Shown here: in pieces, positions 55,107-64,000 of the stretch | How the letters are laid out: each line of letters opens with the position of its first letter | Numbering within the stretch: position 1 is the stretch's first letter | Source: an uncultured bacterium | Lineage (GTDB): Bacteria > Myxococcota_A > Polyangia > Polyangiales > Polyangiaceae | Assembly: GCA_965651905.1 (NCBI GenBank) | Contig: CBFGUG010000014.1 | Span: 39,356-103,355, forward strand | Length of the DNA: 64,000 nucleotides | Direction: 5' to 3' | Made by a program: the position numbers and the translations under genes | Notes under the pieces: model-generated | What the model saw: only the letters and a program-made list of their open reading frames with translations | Databases searched by the model: none | What the model was told of the DNA's origin: nothing

Positions 55107-56035
55107 GAGCGTTCGAGACTCAGACGTCGACCGCCCGACGTCACTACCGTGTTCTGAAGCGGCGCCGCGGCACTGGCATTCTCCCACAACACGCAATTTC
55201 GGACCAGTCCGTGCCCATGCAAATGGACGCGCGCGCCGAGCACACTGCCTTGCAACTCGACGTTCTGGTCAACACGTGAGTCGGGTCCCTCGAAAGATTC
55301 CAGCTCCCGCCCTGCCAACCAGCGTCGATTGGCCTGCAGGTATCCCGCAATGGATCCGACATCACACCAGTCTTCGTGACACCAAGTGGTGGCGACGCGC
55401 GCGCCTGCTCGAAGCAGCGGCAGGCACACGTCCCCTATCAAACAGCCCCGCTCGGGCAGACGCTTGAGTGCCGCCGTGCCGAGAGCCATGGTCCCGACGT
55501 AGTCGGCAGCCAGGTGCTCATCGCCGAAGCTCTCCGTTCGCAGTCGCACGACGTTCCCTCGTGAGTCGAGTCCGACCGTTCCCCGACTGCCCGTCACGGG
55601 TGCGACCAGCAGACAAACGCTCGCGCCTGCCGCGATCTCTGGGAGCAACCCGGGCGGCGCGGTCAGACCCCAAATGTCGCCGTTTCGCACGACCACTGGG
55701 GGCTCCAGCCGAGGTAGAGCGGCACGAACGCCGCCAGCACTACCCAGGATCTGCGGCTCGTGGCTCCAATGCACCTCGACGCCATCCACGTGAAAGCCGT
55801 CGAAGCGTTGGGGCAAGTGGTGGGTGTTGACGACGAGCTCGCGGTGACCCCACGCGCGCAGCGACTCGATCACATGCGCCAACAGCGGGCGGTCGCCCAC
55901 TGGGACCAGTGGCTTCGGGCACTCGTCGGTCAATGGGCGCAGGCGCGTGCCCAGACCTGCAGCTAGTACCATCGCACTGGCCATGGGCGCTTGTACTGCG
56001 TGAGGCGCCGAGTCGCCAGCCGACAGAAGACCCAA
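55103..56035 (-). CDS. Nucleotidyltransferase (NDP-sugar pyrophosphorylase-like)
   Basis: MVLAAGLGTRLRPLTDECPKPLVPV signature. Start uncertain (ATGs at 55972, 55984 and 56035). Confidence 0.75.
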   Translation of the reverse strand: MGLLSAGDSAPHAVQAPMASAMVLAAGLGTRLRPLTDECPKPLVPVGDRPLLAHVIESLRAWGHRELVVNTHHLPQRFDGFHVDGVEVHWSHEPQILGSAGGVRAALPRLEPPVVVRNGDIWGLTAPPGLLPEIAAGASVCLLVAPVTGSRGTVGLDSRGNVVRLRTESFGDEHLAADYVGTMALGTAALKRLPERGCLIGDVCLPLLRAGARVATTWCHEDWCDVGSIAGYLQANRRWLAGRELESFEGPDSRVDQNVELQGSVLGARVHLHGHGLVRNCVLWENASAAAPLQNTVVTSGGRRLSLERS

Positions 56036-56297
56036 TCCTGAGCAGCGCTCTGATGGTTGTCACGCCTCTTCGCGGGATGACTGGCACGTCAGCACTCCCG
56101 CCCGGTGGAGTTCGGTGGCTGGGACGCTCTTACGCGAACCGTAGCGGCGCAGTCTCCTGGCTTCGAGCGACGTATGCACGGCGGAAGACGGCCTGAGGCA
56201 CCGAGCTCGGTAGCCGTGACAGATTGAAATGAGGCTAATCGTCAGGACCCAATCGGGGCTGAGCTGAGACTGAAAACTCGCGCTCCCTGGGTCCCGT

Positions 56298-56858
56298 GTG
56301 CTAGCCGCATGGGCCATGGTGCCGCGACTCACTGCCCTGACCAACTGCCGAGTTTCTGCTGCGCTGCGCCGTGGCTGGTGCTTCTTGGTGGTCGCGTCGA
56401 GCCTGACGGCCAACTGGTCGTGTGGAACGGACGCAGTGGGCGTCGGCGCTTGCCGCGAAATCGAGTACGCGCGCTGTGAGGCGGCCGTGTCCTGCGGCAT
56501 GATCGACGACGCGGAGTCGTGCAAGCAGTACTATCAGGACCACTGTTTGCACGGGGTCGATCTCGACGAGGGCCCGCGCAGTGTGGCCGTGGGGAACTGC
56601 GTTTCCGCGATCAGGGACGCGGGGCGCTGTGCTGACAGGCAAGATGACGACACTCCCCCCGAAGACTGCGACAGCAGCTGGCTGAAAGATGCCGACGCGC
56701 GACGCGTCTGTGATGTCGTCGCCGAACCAGAACGTGCCCCAGCCTGCGAGTTCCTGGTCGCGGATCCCGAGGAAGAAGCGGAAGAAGACGACGAAGCAGA
56801 GAGCGACGACCGAGGTGACGCCGAAGACGCTGGTGCCGACCCCTCAGACGCTGGATAG
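56298..56858 (+). CDS. Secreted or lipoprotein Cys-rich protein with an acidic tail
   Basis: 186-aa ORF with hydrophobic N-terminus CFLVVASSLTANWSCG, about 12 Cys, and a D/E-rich C-terminus. Confidence 0.45.
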   Translation: MLAAWAMVPRLTALTNCRVSAALRRGWCFLVVASSLTANWSCGTDAVGVGACREIEYARCEAAVSCGMIDDAESCKQYYQDHCLHGVDLDEGPRSVAVGNCVSAIRDAGRCADRQDDDTPPEDCDSSWLKDADARRVCDVVAEPERAPACEFLVADPEEEAEEDDEAESDDRGDAEDAGADPSDAG

Positions 56859-56890
56859 CGGCGAACAACCCCAGGTTTTCGGGTGGCCCT

Positions 56891-57709
56891 TTGCGCCCAA
56901 CTCGGCTAAGTCGGCTCGCGATGCGCTCCTTCGCCATCTGCCTGTTCCTCGCCCCTTGCCTGCTCCACTGCGGCTCTCGGGGTTCCTCTGCTTTGGTGGA
57001 CACGCCCACGGCCATTGAGGTGTCCCCAGAGGGATTCGGCTTGGATGGGGCGTGCGGTGTCCGAGGATCCGGGGTGGAACTGCTCAGCTACGTGGCTACG
57101 CTGGTTGATCTGACGGATCCCACGCAAGAGGAGATCACGGCTCCGCCCACGCCATGCGACCAGGCGGTGCTGTTCACGAACGTGAATGGCTCGAGCCGAG
57201 CGCCCCATCTCTACGTGGCGGACTTGATCGCCTTTGACCGCGACGACCTAGTCGCCCGCACACGTGGAGGGGTCACCGAATACCTCTCGGACGGGGAGTC
57301 GATTGAACCGCGTTGGAAGGGCAGTTGTGGGCGACTGAACTGGGATGAGGCTACTCGACAGCAACGAGACGGAGTCGACGACCTAGACGGCACCGATCGC
57401 CCGAGCGAAGACTCCCAGCCCCTTGCGGAAGCGGGCGCGGCAAATGCGGATGCGGGTACCTCGGATGCGGGTACCTCGGATGCGGGTACCTCGGATGCGG
57501 GCATTTGGGATGCTGGCGGCGGCGTGATGAGCACCGAACGAACGAGTGCGCTCGATGCTGGCTCCTCCGCCGCAGGTGACCCGCTCCCACTGCTCCCGGA
57601 CTACGTTCCCGATTCGGGGTTTTACCAGGCATATTGGGGTCCTCAATACGCCGTGTCTCGCAGAGTAGTGACGCTCAGAGGTTGCTACCTGTTGGAAGTC
57701 TCTCCGTAG
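56891..57709 (+). CDS. Lipoprotein, function unknown, with DAGTS repeats
   Basis: MRSFAICLFLAPCLLHCGS (probable start at 56921); central DAGTSDAGTSDAGTSDAG. Confidence 0.5.
   Translation: MRPTRLSRLAMRSFAICLFLAPCLLHCGSRGSSALVDTPTAIEVSPEGFGLDGACGVRGSGVELLSYVATLVDLTDPTQEEITAPPTPCDQAVLFTNVNGSSRAPHLYVADLIAFDRDDLVARTRGGVTEYLSDGESIEPRWKGSCGRLNWDEATRQQRDGVDDLDGTDRPSEDSQPLAEAGAANADAGTSDAGTSDAGTSDAGIWDAGGGVMSTERTSALDAGSSAAGDPLPLLPDYVPDSGFYQAYWGPQYAVSRRVVTLRGCYLLEVSP
57448..57507. repeat. Three perfect 15-bp in-frame tandem repeats plus one degenerate copy
   Basis: GGATGCGGGTACCTC at 57448, 57463 and 57478, then GGATGCGGGCATTTG. Confidence 0.9.
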
Positions 57710-57857
57710 CATCCTGTGGCAAAGTCTCCCGTCGCTCGGCGGGGAGGTGCCTCTGCGCTATCGACTCAGCCCTCCTGGACTTCCAAATCAGCGGCGAGCG
57801 CTAGCGCACCCGACTGGGTGTTGCGGCGCCGACCCCAGAGGGCTACGACTCCAAGCG

Positions 57858-58688
57858 ATGTCACGTTGGGAATCCGGTGGCCCCCAATTCGTCCTGCCGA
57901 AGCCCGGCAAGACGCTGAAGATCGTCATGGGCGGTCTGTTTGCGGTCTGGCTCATGTTTGCCATCGCAATCAACTGGGGCGACGCATCACAAGAACTGTT
58001 CTTGCTGTTTTGCGGCAACACCGAGCTCGTGCTGCAGGGAGAGGTATGGCGGCTGTTTACGGCCCCGCTGATGCATCTGCCCCAGGGCAGCATCTCACAC
58101 ATCGCTTTCGCACTGATTGGCCTCTACTTTCTGACTCCATCCCTCGAACAAGCGTGGGGGGGCCCGCGTCTAGCGCGCTTTCTGATCGGTTCGGCGGTGA
58201 TCGCCTACAGCTTTCAGATGCTGATGGAGCTCATCCTCCCAGCCAACACGGCGGCCAAGTTGGTTGGTCAATACTGGTTCGGTGCAGTTCCCGTTCTGGA
58301 AGCTGTAGCCATCGCCTGGGCCGCTAGTTTCCGTGGTCAGCAGGTACGATTGATGTTCGTTCTTCCCGTCAGTTCCACGGGCTTGATCTGGTTCGTGGTA
58401 GCGATGAGCGTGTTGCGCGTGATCGCGCTGTCACAGACGACCGAAGGCCTGCTTTCGCCGTTCGGCGGGATGGCTGCGGGGTGGCTGCTCGGCTCGGGCA
58501 CCCCTTCTCCACTGCGCCGCTGGTACCTGAAGTTCAAGCTCGGGCAAGTCGAACGGGACATGGCGCGAGACAAGCAGCGCCGCTCTGATCGCGTCAAGCG
58601 CTCGAAATTCGGCGTGATCGAGGGAGGAAAGGGCAAGCGCCACAGCGACGATCCGCCGCGCGGTCCCGACGGGAACATGCTGAACTGA
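57858..58688 (+). CDS. Rhomboid-family membrane protein lacking the catalytic residues (pseudoprotease)
   Basis: The rhomboid hallmark WRLFTAPLMH is present. The GlpG-equivalent positions, however, read HIAFALI (Asn154 to Ala), FGAVPVLEA (Ser201 to Val) and SPFGGMAAG (His254 to Phe). The ATG at 57858 was chosen. Confidence 0.7.
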   Translation: MSRWESGGPQFVLPKPGKTLKIVMGGLFAVWLMFAIAINWGDASQELFLLFCGNTELVLQGEVWRLFTAPLMHLPQGSISHIAFALIGLYFLTPSLEQAWGGPRLARFLIGSAVIAYSFQMLMELILPANTAAKLVGQYWFGAVPVLEAVAIAWAASFRGQQVRLMFVLPVSSTGLIWFVVAMSVLRVIALSQTTEGLLSPFGGMAAGWLLGSGTPSPLRRWYLKFKLGQVERDMARDKQRRSDRVKRSKFGVIEGGKGKRHSDDPPRGPDGNMLN

Positions 58689-58773
58689 CTCCTCGTCGAC
58701 TCACAATCTGGTGGGGCACTCGACGGCGCAAAGCACTGCACCAAACGCCCCAGGGCGTGATAGCTAGCCGATC

Positions 58774-59340
58774 ATGCGAATCATCCTCAGTGCGGACGAA
58801 GTTGCCCGAGGCCTCCGTCGTATCGCCGGGGAAGTTGCCGAGCGGCACGCCGATCTGACTGCGCTCGTGCTCGTTGGGATTCGCCGCGGGGGCGAACCGC
58901 TGGCGAACATGTTGGCCCAGCAGCTCCAGCAGCTCCAACAGGGCAGTCCCCTCGTAGGAAGTGTCGACATCACGCTCTATCGCGACGACGCGGCTACTGC
59001 CCTGCCCAACCCGCGCATCGGACCCAGTCGAATCCCGGGGAGTCTCGACGGCAAGCACGTGCTGTTGATCGACGACGTGTTGTACACCCGACGCACAGTG
59101 CGCGCGGCGATCGACGCCGTGCTGGATTACGGGCGACCCGCGAACATCGAACTGTTCGCGTTGATCGATCGCGCTGGGCGTCAACTGCCCATTCAACCCG
59201 ACTACAGCGTGCGGCGGCTAGACGACGTCGGCGACGACGAACGCGTAGACGTCCACGAGCAAGACGGCCAGCTGCAAGTCGTCATCCAACCCAAGAGCGC
59301 CCCGAGCGTTCCCCCGACTGGGCTCTCCTCCACCCCGTAA
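58774..59340 (+). CDS. pyrR: Bifunctional pyrimidine regulatory protein / uracil phosphoribosyltransferase
   Basis: [12 protein letters not shown] and the PRPP-binding [17 protein letters not shown]. Located directly upstream of pyrB. Confidence 0.9.
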   Translation: MRIILSADEVARGLRRIAGEVAERHADLTALVLVGIRRGGEPLANMLAQQLQQLQQGSPLVGSVDITLYRDDAATALPNPRIGPSRIPGSLDGKHVLLIDDVLYTRRTVRAAIDAVLDYGRPANIELFALIDRAGRQLPIQPDYSVRRLDDVGDDERVDVHEQDGQLQVVIQPKSAPSVPPTGLSSTP

Positions 59341-59347
59341 ACCCCGC

Positions 59348-60289
59348 ATGACTACCCTACGAAGACTTGCCTCCATCAACGATATCACTGCGGAACAAGC
59401 GCTCGAGCTACTCGAGGCATCAGACGCTTTCTTCGCCTTGAGTCGACGGCCCGTACGCAAAGCACCGACGCTACGCGGCAAGACGCTCGTGAACTTGTTC
59501 TTCGAAAACTCCACGCGAACTCGCACGTCCTTCGAGCTGGCTGGCAAACGTCTGAGCGCGGACGTCGTCAACATCAGCGCTTCCTCCTCCAGCGTAAAGA
59601 AGGGCGAGAGCCTCAAAGACACAGTGCAAACGTTGGATGCGATGCAGCCCGACGTACTCGTCGTACGGCACAGTTCGTCAGGGGCGGCGCACTACATCGC
59701 GAAACACACCAAAGCCGTGGTGGTCAACGCGGGCGACGGCATGCACGAGCACCCCACCCAAGCCTTGCTCGATGCGTTCACCATTCGCCGCCACTTAGGA
59801 GAGATCCAAGGCAAGCGTGTGGTGATCTGCGGCGATATCGCGCACAGTCGGGTGGCGCGCTCGAACATCCTGCTGCTGAAGAAACTCGGCGCGGAGGTTT
59901 GCTGCGCGGGGCCGAGAACGCTACTGCCGTCGGATCTCGAAGCGCTCGGGTGCCCATGCCACGAGCGACTGGAGCCCGCGCTCACTGGCGCCGACGTCGT
60001 CCTGATGCTGCGGATCCAGACGGAACGCTTGGGCGGTGTTTTCTTTCCGGGACTGCGCGAATACTCGAAGTTCTTCTGTCTGGACGAGCGACGTTTGGCT
60101 CTCGCCAACCCTGGCGCGCTGGTGATGCACCCTGGTCCGATGAATCGAGGCGTGGAGATCTCCGACGCCGTTGCCGATGGACCGCAGAGCGTCGTGCTCG
60201 ACCAGGTGGAGGCTGGCGTCGCCGTCCGCATGTCCGTGCTCTACTCGTGCGCCAGCGTTGCTGGAGCCGACGAACACACGGCCAACTGA
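59348..60289 (+). CDS. pyrB: Aspartate carbamoyltransferase catalytic subunit
   Basis: [21 protein letters not shown], and [11 protein letters not shown]. Confidence 0.95.
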   Translation: MTTLRRLASINDITAEQALELLEASDAFFALSRRPVRKAPTLRGKTLVNLFFENSTRTRTSFELAGKRLSADVVNISASSSSVKKGESLKDTVQTLDAMQPDVLVVRHSSSGAAHYIAKHTKAVVVNAGDGMHEHPTQALLDAFTIRRHLGEIQGKRVVICGDIAHSRVARSNILLLKKLGAEVCCAGPRTLLPSDLEALGCPCHERLEPALTGADVVLMLRIQTERLGGVFFPGLREYSKFFCLDERRLALANPGALVMHPGPMNRGVEISDAVADGPQSVVLDQVEAGVAVRMSVLYSCASVAGADEHTAN

Positions 60290-60291
60290 GT

Positions 60292-61140
60292 TCAGCCGTC
60301 GGTCGGGGCGATGTCGACTTGTTCAGCGCCCTCCACTCGCTCACCGAGGAAGCGCTCGGCAGACTGACGGAAACTGTCGGGCAGGTCCGTCACGAGCAAC
60401 GTGAGTGCACCCGGTGATCCCTCGCGCGCGAGCCCTTTGTCACCCAGCAACCTCGCGACGTAATCGGCAGTAGCTTCGGCACTATCGACGATGGCGATTG
60501 GGTCCGAGCACAGTCGTGACGCTTGTTTCGCGATCAGTGGCTTGAGCAAAGGGTAGTGGGTGCAGCCTAGGACCACTACCCCCACGCTGAGCGCTGCCAG
60601 TGGTTCTAGGTACTTGCGCGCGGCCAGCTCGGGGACTTCGCCTTCAATCCACCCCTCTTCCACCAAGGGCACGAGCAGCGGCGCTGCTTGCCCTACGACC
60701 TCGTGCCGGGTGGAACGCAGCGAAACGGCACGCGGATAAGCCTGGGACGCAATCGTGCTCAGCGTACCGAGTACTCCTATGCGAACTGGCCGAGCCAGCC
60801 GCGCTTCAGCTTCATCCGCTGCACGCACTGCCGCATCTGCACCCGGACCAACGACCCCAACCACGGGAACGTCGAGCTCCGCTTGTAAGATCTCCAAAGC
60901 GACGGCACTAGCGGTGTTACACGCGATCACCAGCGCTTTGATGTCGCGCTTGACGAGCAACGCAGCGCAGCCGCGGGCGTAACGGATCACCGTCGCTGCC
61001 GAGCGCGTTCCGTAGGGCACTCTGGCCGTGTCCCCGAGGTAGACGATCGACTCGCACGGGAGCCGACGCCGCAGCTCGTGCACGACGGTCAGCCCGCCGA
61101 GCCCTGAGTCGAATACGCCGATCGGGCGGTCGTCGCTCAA
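60292..61140 (-). CDS. murI: Glutamate racemase
   Basis: PIGVFDSGLGGLTV, IACNTAS, and LGCTHYPLL. The TTG start overlaps the hom stop (TTGA, 61137-61140). Confidence 0.9.
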   Translation of the reverse strand: MSDDRPIGVFDSGLGGLTVVHELRRRLPCESIVYLGDTARVPYGTRSAATVIRYARGCAALLVKRDIKALVIACNTASAVALEILQAELDVPVVGVVGPGADAAVRAADEAEARLARPVRIGVLGTLSTIASQAYPRAVSLRSTRHEVVGQAAPLLVPLVEEGWIEGEVPELAARKYLEPLAALSVGVVVLGCTHYPLLKPLIAKQASRLCSDPIAIVDSAEATADYVARLLGDKGLAREGSPGALTLLVTDLPDSFRQSAERFLGERVEGAEQVDIAPTDG

Positions 61141-62438
61141 ACGTCCTCGATGCGAATCAGCCGGGCAGGTGATCGCAAGAAAGGCGCGTCGGTGACCTCT
61201 TGCAGTGCGGCCGTGACCGCCCCCTCACGACACGAGTGAGTGATCATGAGTACACTGACGAGCCCCATGTCCTCCTGGGCGCGCCCCTCTTGCACCATGT
61301 GCTCGACGCTGACGCCGTGACGGCCGAGCGCACCCGCGATGCTAGCGAGTACACCGGGCTGATCGCCCACGTCGAAGCGCAGATAGTAGCGGCATTCGAT
61401 CTCGCTCATCGGGACCAACTCGCGCGGGCGAGTCGTGATGGCACGGGTCGCCAAGCCGCCCGCTCCCTCCGCTCGAGCGCGCGCGACGTCGACGATGTCG
61501 GCAACCACACTGACCGCGGTCGGCATCTCTCCTGCACCCTGCCCGACGAGCAAACACGGTCCGAGCGCGCGCCCATGAACGAACACGCCGTTCAGCACGC
61601 CGTTGATACCCGCAAGCGGAGACGACGAAGGCACGAACGCCGGGTGAACGCGCAGCTCTAGTGCCTCGCCCCGTTCATATCCCACCGCCAGGTGTTTGAC
61701 GACGAACCCGAAGCGCTCGGCAAACCTGAAGTCGACGTCGTCGACTGCGCGGATCCCCTCGACGTGAACGCTGCGGTCGTCCACGCGCGCCCCGAAGGCC
61801 AGCATGCTGAGCACGACCAGTTTTTGTGCAGCGTCGTGGCCGTCCACGTCGAGACTCGGCTCGGCTTCGGCGTATCCCAGTCGCTGCGCGTCTGCCAGTA
61901 CTTCGTCGAAGCCCTTACCTTCGTCGCGCATGCGCGTGAGGATGTAGTTGCAGGTGCCGTTGAGCAGTGCGTGCACGCTGCTCACCCAGTCGCTCGTCAG
62001 CGAATCTCGCAACGTGCGGATGACGGGGATACCTCCACCTACAGAGGCCTCGAAGGCCAAGTCCACACCGTTCTTGCCAGCACGTTCGACCAAATCCGCG
62101 CCGTGACGCGCCAGCAACATCTTGTTCGCTGAAACGATGCTCTTGCCCGCATCGATGGCCTGCTGCAAGAAGCCTAACGCTGGCTGTTCACCTCCGATGA
62201 CCTCTGCGACCAAGTCGACGTCGGGGTCGTTCATCACTTTGGCGGCGTCCGTCGTCACCCAGCGTGGATCACATTCGGGCACTCGCGCCCTGGCGGGGTC
62301 ACGCACCAGAACGTGTTTGATCTCGAGCTCGGCCCCCACTCGTGCTGCCAGGTGCTCTTTGTTGTCGGAAAGCAGACGGATCACTCCGCCCCCCACCGTG
62401 CCGCAGCCCAGCAGGGCGACGCGTACTTTGTCTTTCAT
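61137..62438 (-). CDS. hom: Homoserine dehydrogenase with C-terminal ACT domain
   Basis: VALLGCGTVGGGV NAD-binding motif, a homoserine dehydrogenase core, and an ACT-like tail. Confidence 0.9.
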   Translation of the reverse strand: MKDKVRVALLGCGTVGGGVIRLLSDNKEHLAARVGAELEIKHVLVRDPARARVPECDPRWVTTDAAKVMNDPDVDLVAEVIGGEQPALGFLQQAIDAGKSIVSANKMLLARHGADLVERAGKNGVDLAFEASVGGGIPVIRTLRDSLTSDWVSSVHALLNGTCNYILTRMRDEGKGFDEVLADAQRLGYAEAEPSLDVDGHDAAQKLVVLSMLAFGARVDDRSVHVEGIRAVDDVDFRFAERFGFVVKHLAVGYERGEALELRVHPAFVPSSSPLAGINGVLNGVFVHGRALGPCLLVGQGAGEMPTAVSVVADIVDVARARAEGAGGLATRAITTRPRELVPMSEIECRYYLRFDVGDQPGVLASIAGALGRHGVSVEHMVQEGRAQEDMGLVSVLMITHSCREGAVTAALQEVTDAPFLRSPARLIRIEDV

Positions 62439-62678
62439 CTGGCTCGTTCTTTCCGTTTGGGCTGGTGCTCGTTACCTGCTCGGGCGCCCGGATCGGCGAC
62501 ACGCGCCCATAGCATGGGGGCAACTGAGCAGCCAAGTCGTCGAGACAGCCACCAGATAGCGCTCAGGCCGGGCGCTCGTGCACCGCAAACGGCGGTCGCG
62601 ACGCTCCGCGCCGCACATCCGCCGCTGCGCGGACCCGCGACGGGCCCACGAACGGAACCATGCTCACTCAGAAAACGC

Positions 62679-64000
62679 TCAGTTGGGCGGAGTGCGAGCC
62701 GCCTGTTGAGCCGCGACCTGATCCAAGAACTCCTGTGATGGCTGCGGCTCCGATTCCAGCGCAGCACGCAACACCTCTTCGAGATGCGTCACGGGCACGA
62801 ACTCCAGCTCGTCGCGGATTTCCTTCGGGACCTCTTCGAGGTCGGCGCGATTGCGTTCGGGAAAGATGATGCGACGGATCCCCGCTCGGTGCGCGGCCAA
62901 GGTTTTTTCCTTGAACCCACCGATCGGCAGCACGCGTCCACGCAGCGAGATCTCGCCGGTCATGGCCACGTCGTGACGCACCCGAATCCCCGTGAGCAGC
63001 GACACCAGTGCGGTGAACATCGTGATGCCCGCGCTCGGACCGTCTTTGGGCATGGCACCCGCTGGGATGTGGATGTGCACATCGCTTTTCTCCAGGAAGT
63101 CCTTGTGGATGCCGTACTTCTCGGCGTTGGTCCGCACGTAACTGAGCGCCGCCTGGGCGCTCTCCTTCATCACGTCGCCGAGTTGCCCCGTGAGTTGCAG
63201 TTTACCTGCGCCAAACATGCGAGTGGCCTCGATGAACAGGATCTCGCCACCCGCCGACGTCCACGCCAGGCCCGTCGCGACACCTGTCTCTTCGGTGCGC
63301 TCGGCGACCTCGCTGGTGTATTTGATCGGTCCCAAATACTCGCGAAGGTCGTCTTCGGTCTTGACGATGCGCTGAGTGTCGTCACCCTCGGCCACTTTGA
63401 CCGCCACCCCACGAATGACACTGGCGACCTGGCGTTCGAGCGAACGCACGCCCGCCTCGCGCGTGTAGTGTTCGATCAGCTCTTCGATGGCTTCGTCGGT
63501 GATCACGACCTGTTTTTCCGACAGGCCGTGCTCTTCGAGCTGCTTGGGGATCAAGTGTTGTCTTGCGATGGCTAGTTTTTCGCGTCGCGTGTACCCGGGA
63601 ATGTCCAGGATCTCCATTCGATCGCGCAGCGGCGGTGGGATCGGATCGGCGACGTTCGCGGTCGCAACGAACATCACCTTCGATAGGTCGTAGTGAATTT
63701 CCAGGTAGTGATCCGCGAACGTGTTGTTCTGTTCGGGATCCAGCACCTCGAGCAGCGCCGCACTCGGATCGCCACGGAAGTCGTGACCGATCTTGTCGAC
63801 CTCATCCATCATGAACACGGGGTTGATGGTCGAGGCTTTCTTCATGCCTTGAATGATCTGGCCGGGCAGAGCTCCGACGTAGGTACGGCGGTGGCCGCGA
63901 ATCGCTGCTTCGTCGTGCACGCCACCGAGCGACACTCGAACGAACTTGCGCCCCAACGCCCGCGCGATGGACTTGCCGAGGGACGTCTTACCCACACCAG
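62679..64000 (-). CDS. lon: ATP-dependent Lon protease, C-terminal ~440 aa (5' end outside the window)
   Basis: [38 protein letters not shown] (Walker A end and AAA+ domain) and the proteolytic [11 protein letters not shown] with the catalytic Ser. The frame remains open to the window edge. Confidence 0.95.
   Translation of the reverse strand, partial: GVGKTSLGKSIARALGRKFVRVSLGGVHDEAAIRGHRRTYVGALPGQIIQGMKKASTINPVFMMDEVDKIGHDFRGDPSAALLEVLDPEQNNTFADHYLEIHYDLSKVMFVATANVADPIPPPLRDRMEILDIPGYTRREKLAIARQHLIPKQLEEHGLSEKQVVITDEAIEELIEHYTREAGVRSLERQVASVIRGVAVKVAEGDDTQRIVKTEDDLREYLGPIKYTSEVAERTEETGVATGLAWTSAGGEILFIEATRMFGAGKLQLTGQLGDVMKESAQAALSYVRTNAEKYGIHKDFLEKSDVHIHIPAGAMPKDGPSAGITMFTALVSLLTGIRVRHDVAMTGEISLRGRVLPIGGFKEKTLAAHRAGIRRIIFPERNRADLEEVPKEIRDELEFVPVTHLEEVLRAALESEPQPSQEFLDQVAAQQAARTPPN

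Noticed and set aside
56200-56297. Riboswitch-like sequence upstream of 56298: a GGACCCA...TGGGTCC stem enclosing GGGGCTGAGCTGAGAC, reminiscent of the TPP CUGAGA motif.
   Set aside because: It lacks the rest of the TPP aptamer (no ACCUGAUCUGGAUAAUGCCAGCG-like arm). The downstream genes are secreted proteins unrelated to thiamine. It would need a covariance-model scan to revive.
58689-58773. A PyrR-binding attenuator upstream of pyrR-pyrB.
   Set aside because: I could not find the conserved PyrR binding-loop motif (ARUCCAGAGAGGYU-like) or an anti-terminator/terminator pair in the 85-nt leader.
1-64000. A search by eye for tRNA, rRNA, tmRNA, RNase P and SRP RNA signatures (T-loop GGTTCGAATCC-like strings, GAGGAAAGTCCGGGC, SRP GGAAG hairpin motifs).
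   Set aside because: None were found in the intergenic gaps. A tRNAscan or Rfam scan would be needed to exclude them formally.

Overview
The window is a visibly GC-rich bacterial chromosomal segment (composition not computed), with about 55 protein-coding genes on both strands. I recognised no rRNA, tRNA, CRISPR array, integrase or intact transposase. The gene content suggests Myxococcota (inference only): two ECF sigma factors, a Hanks-type Ser/Thr kinase, a REC-DUF4388 protein, and many lipobox proteins with low-complexity acidic or proline-rich spacers. Most genes are housekeeping: pheA, plsB, mepA, acyl-CoA dehydrogenase, acetoacetyl-CoA synthetase, an M16 peptidase pair, thrC, hisC, Ppx/GppA, pyrR-pyrB, murI, hom and lon. 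Many adjacent genes overlap by 1-4 nt at stop/start. Only 28.7-33.4 kb looks accessory: orphan hypothetical genes, GC-rich palindromes, an Rpn/YhgA-type nuclease remnant with a duplicated tail, and a degenerate ~30-bp repeat tract. I found no clear new multi-gene system such as a defence island. The items most worth follow-up are: (1) a single-ORF LtrA-KirBac potassium channel fusion; (2) a candidate sigma54-driven small RNA with an 18-nt C-rich loop and tandem terminators; (3) an orphan beta-class DNA methyltransferase coupled into a plsB-mepA-acyl-CoA dehydrogenase gene chain; (4) a ParA ATPase with two N-terminal FCS-type zinc fingers and a ribbon-helix-helix partner; (5) a rhomboid homologue lacking all catalytic residues; (6) the Rpn remnant with small RpnS-like ORFs. 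All functional calls come from reading the translations by eye; no database search was run.
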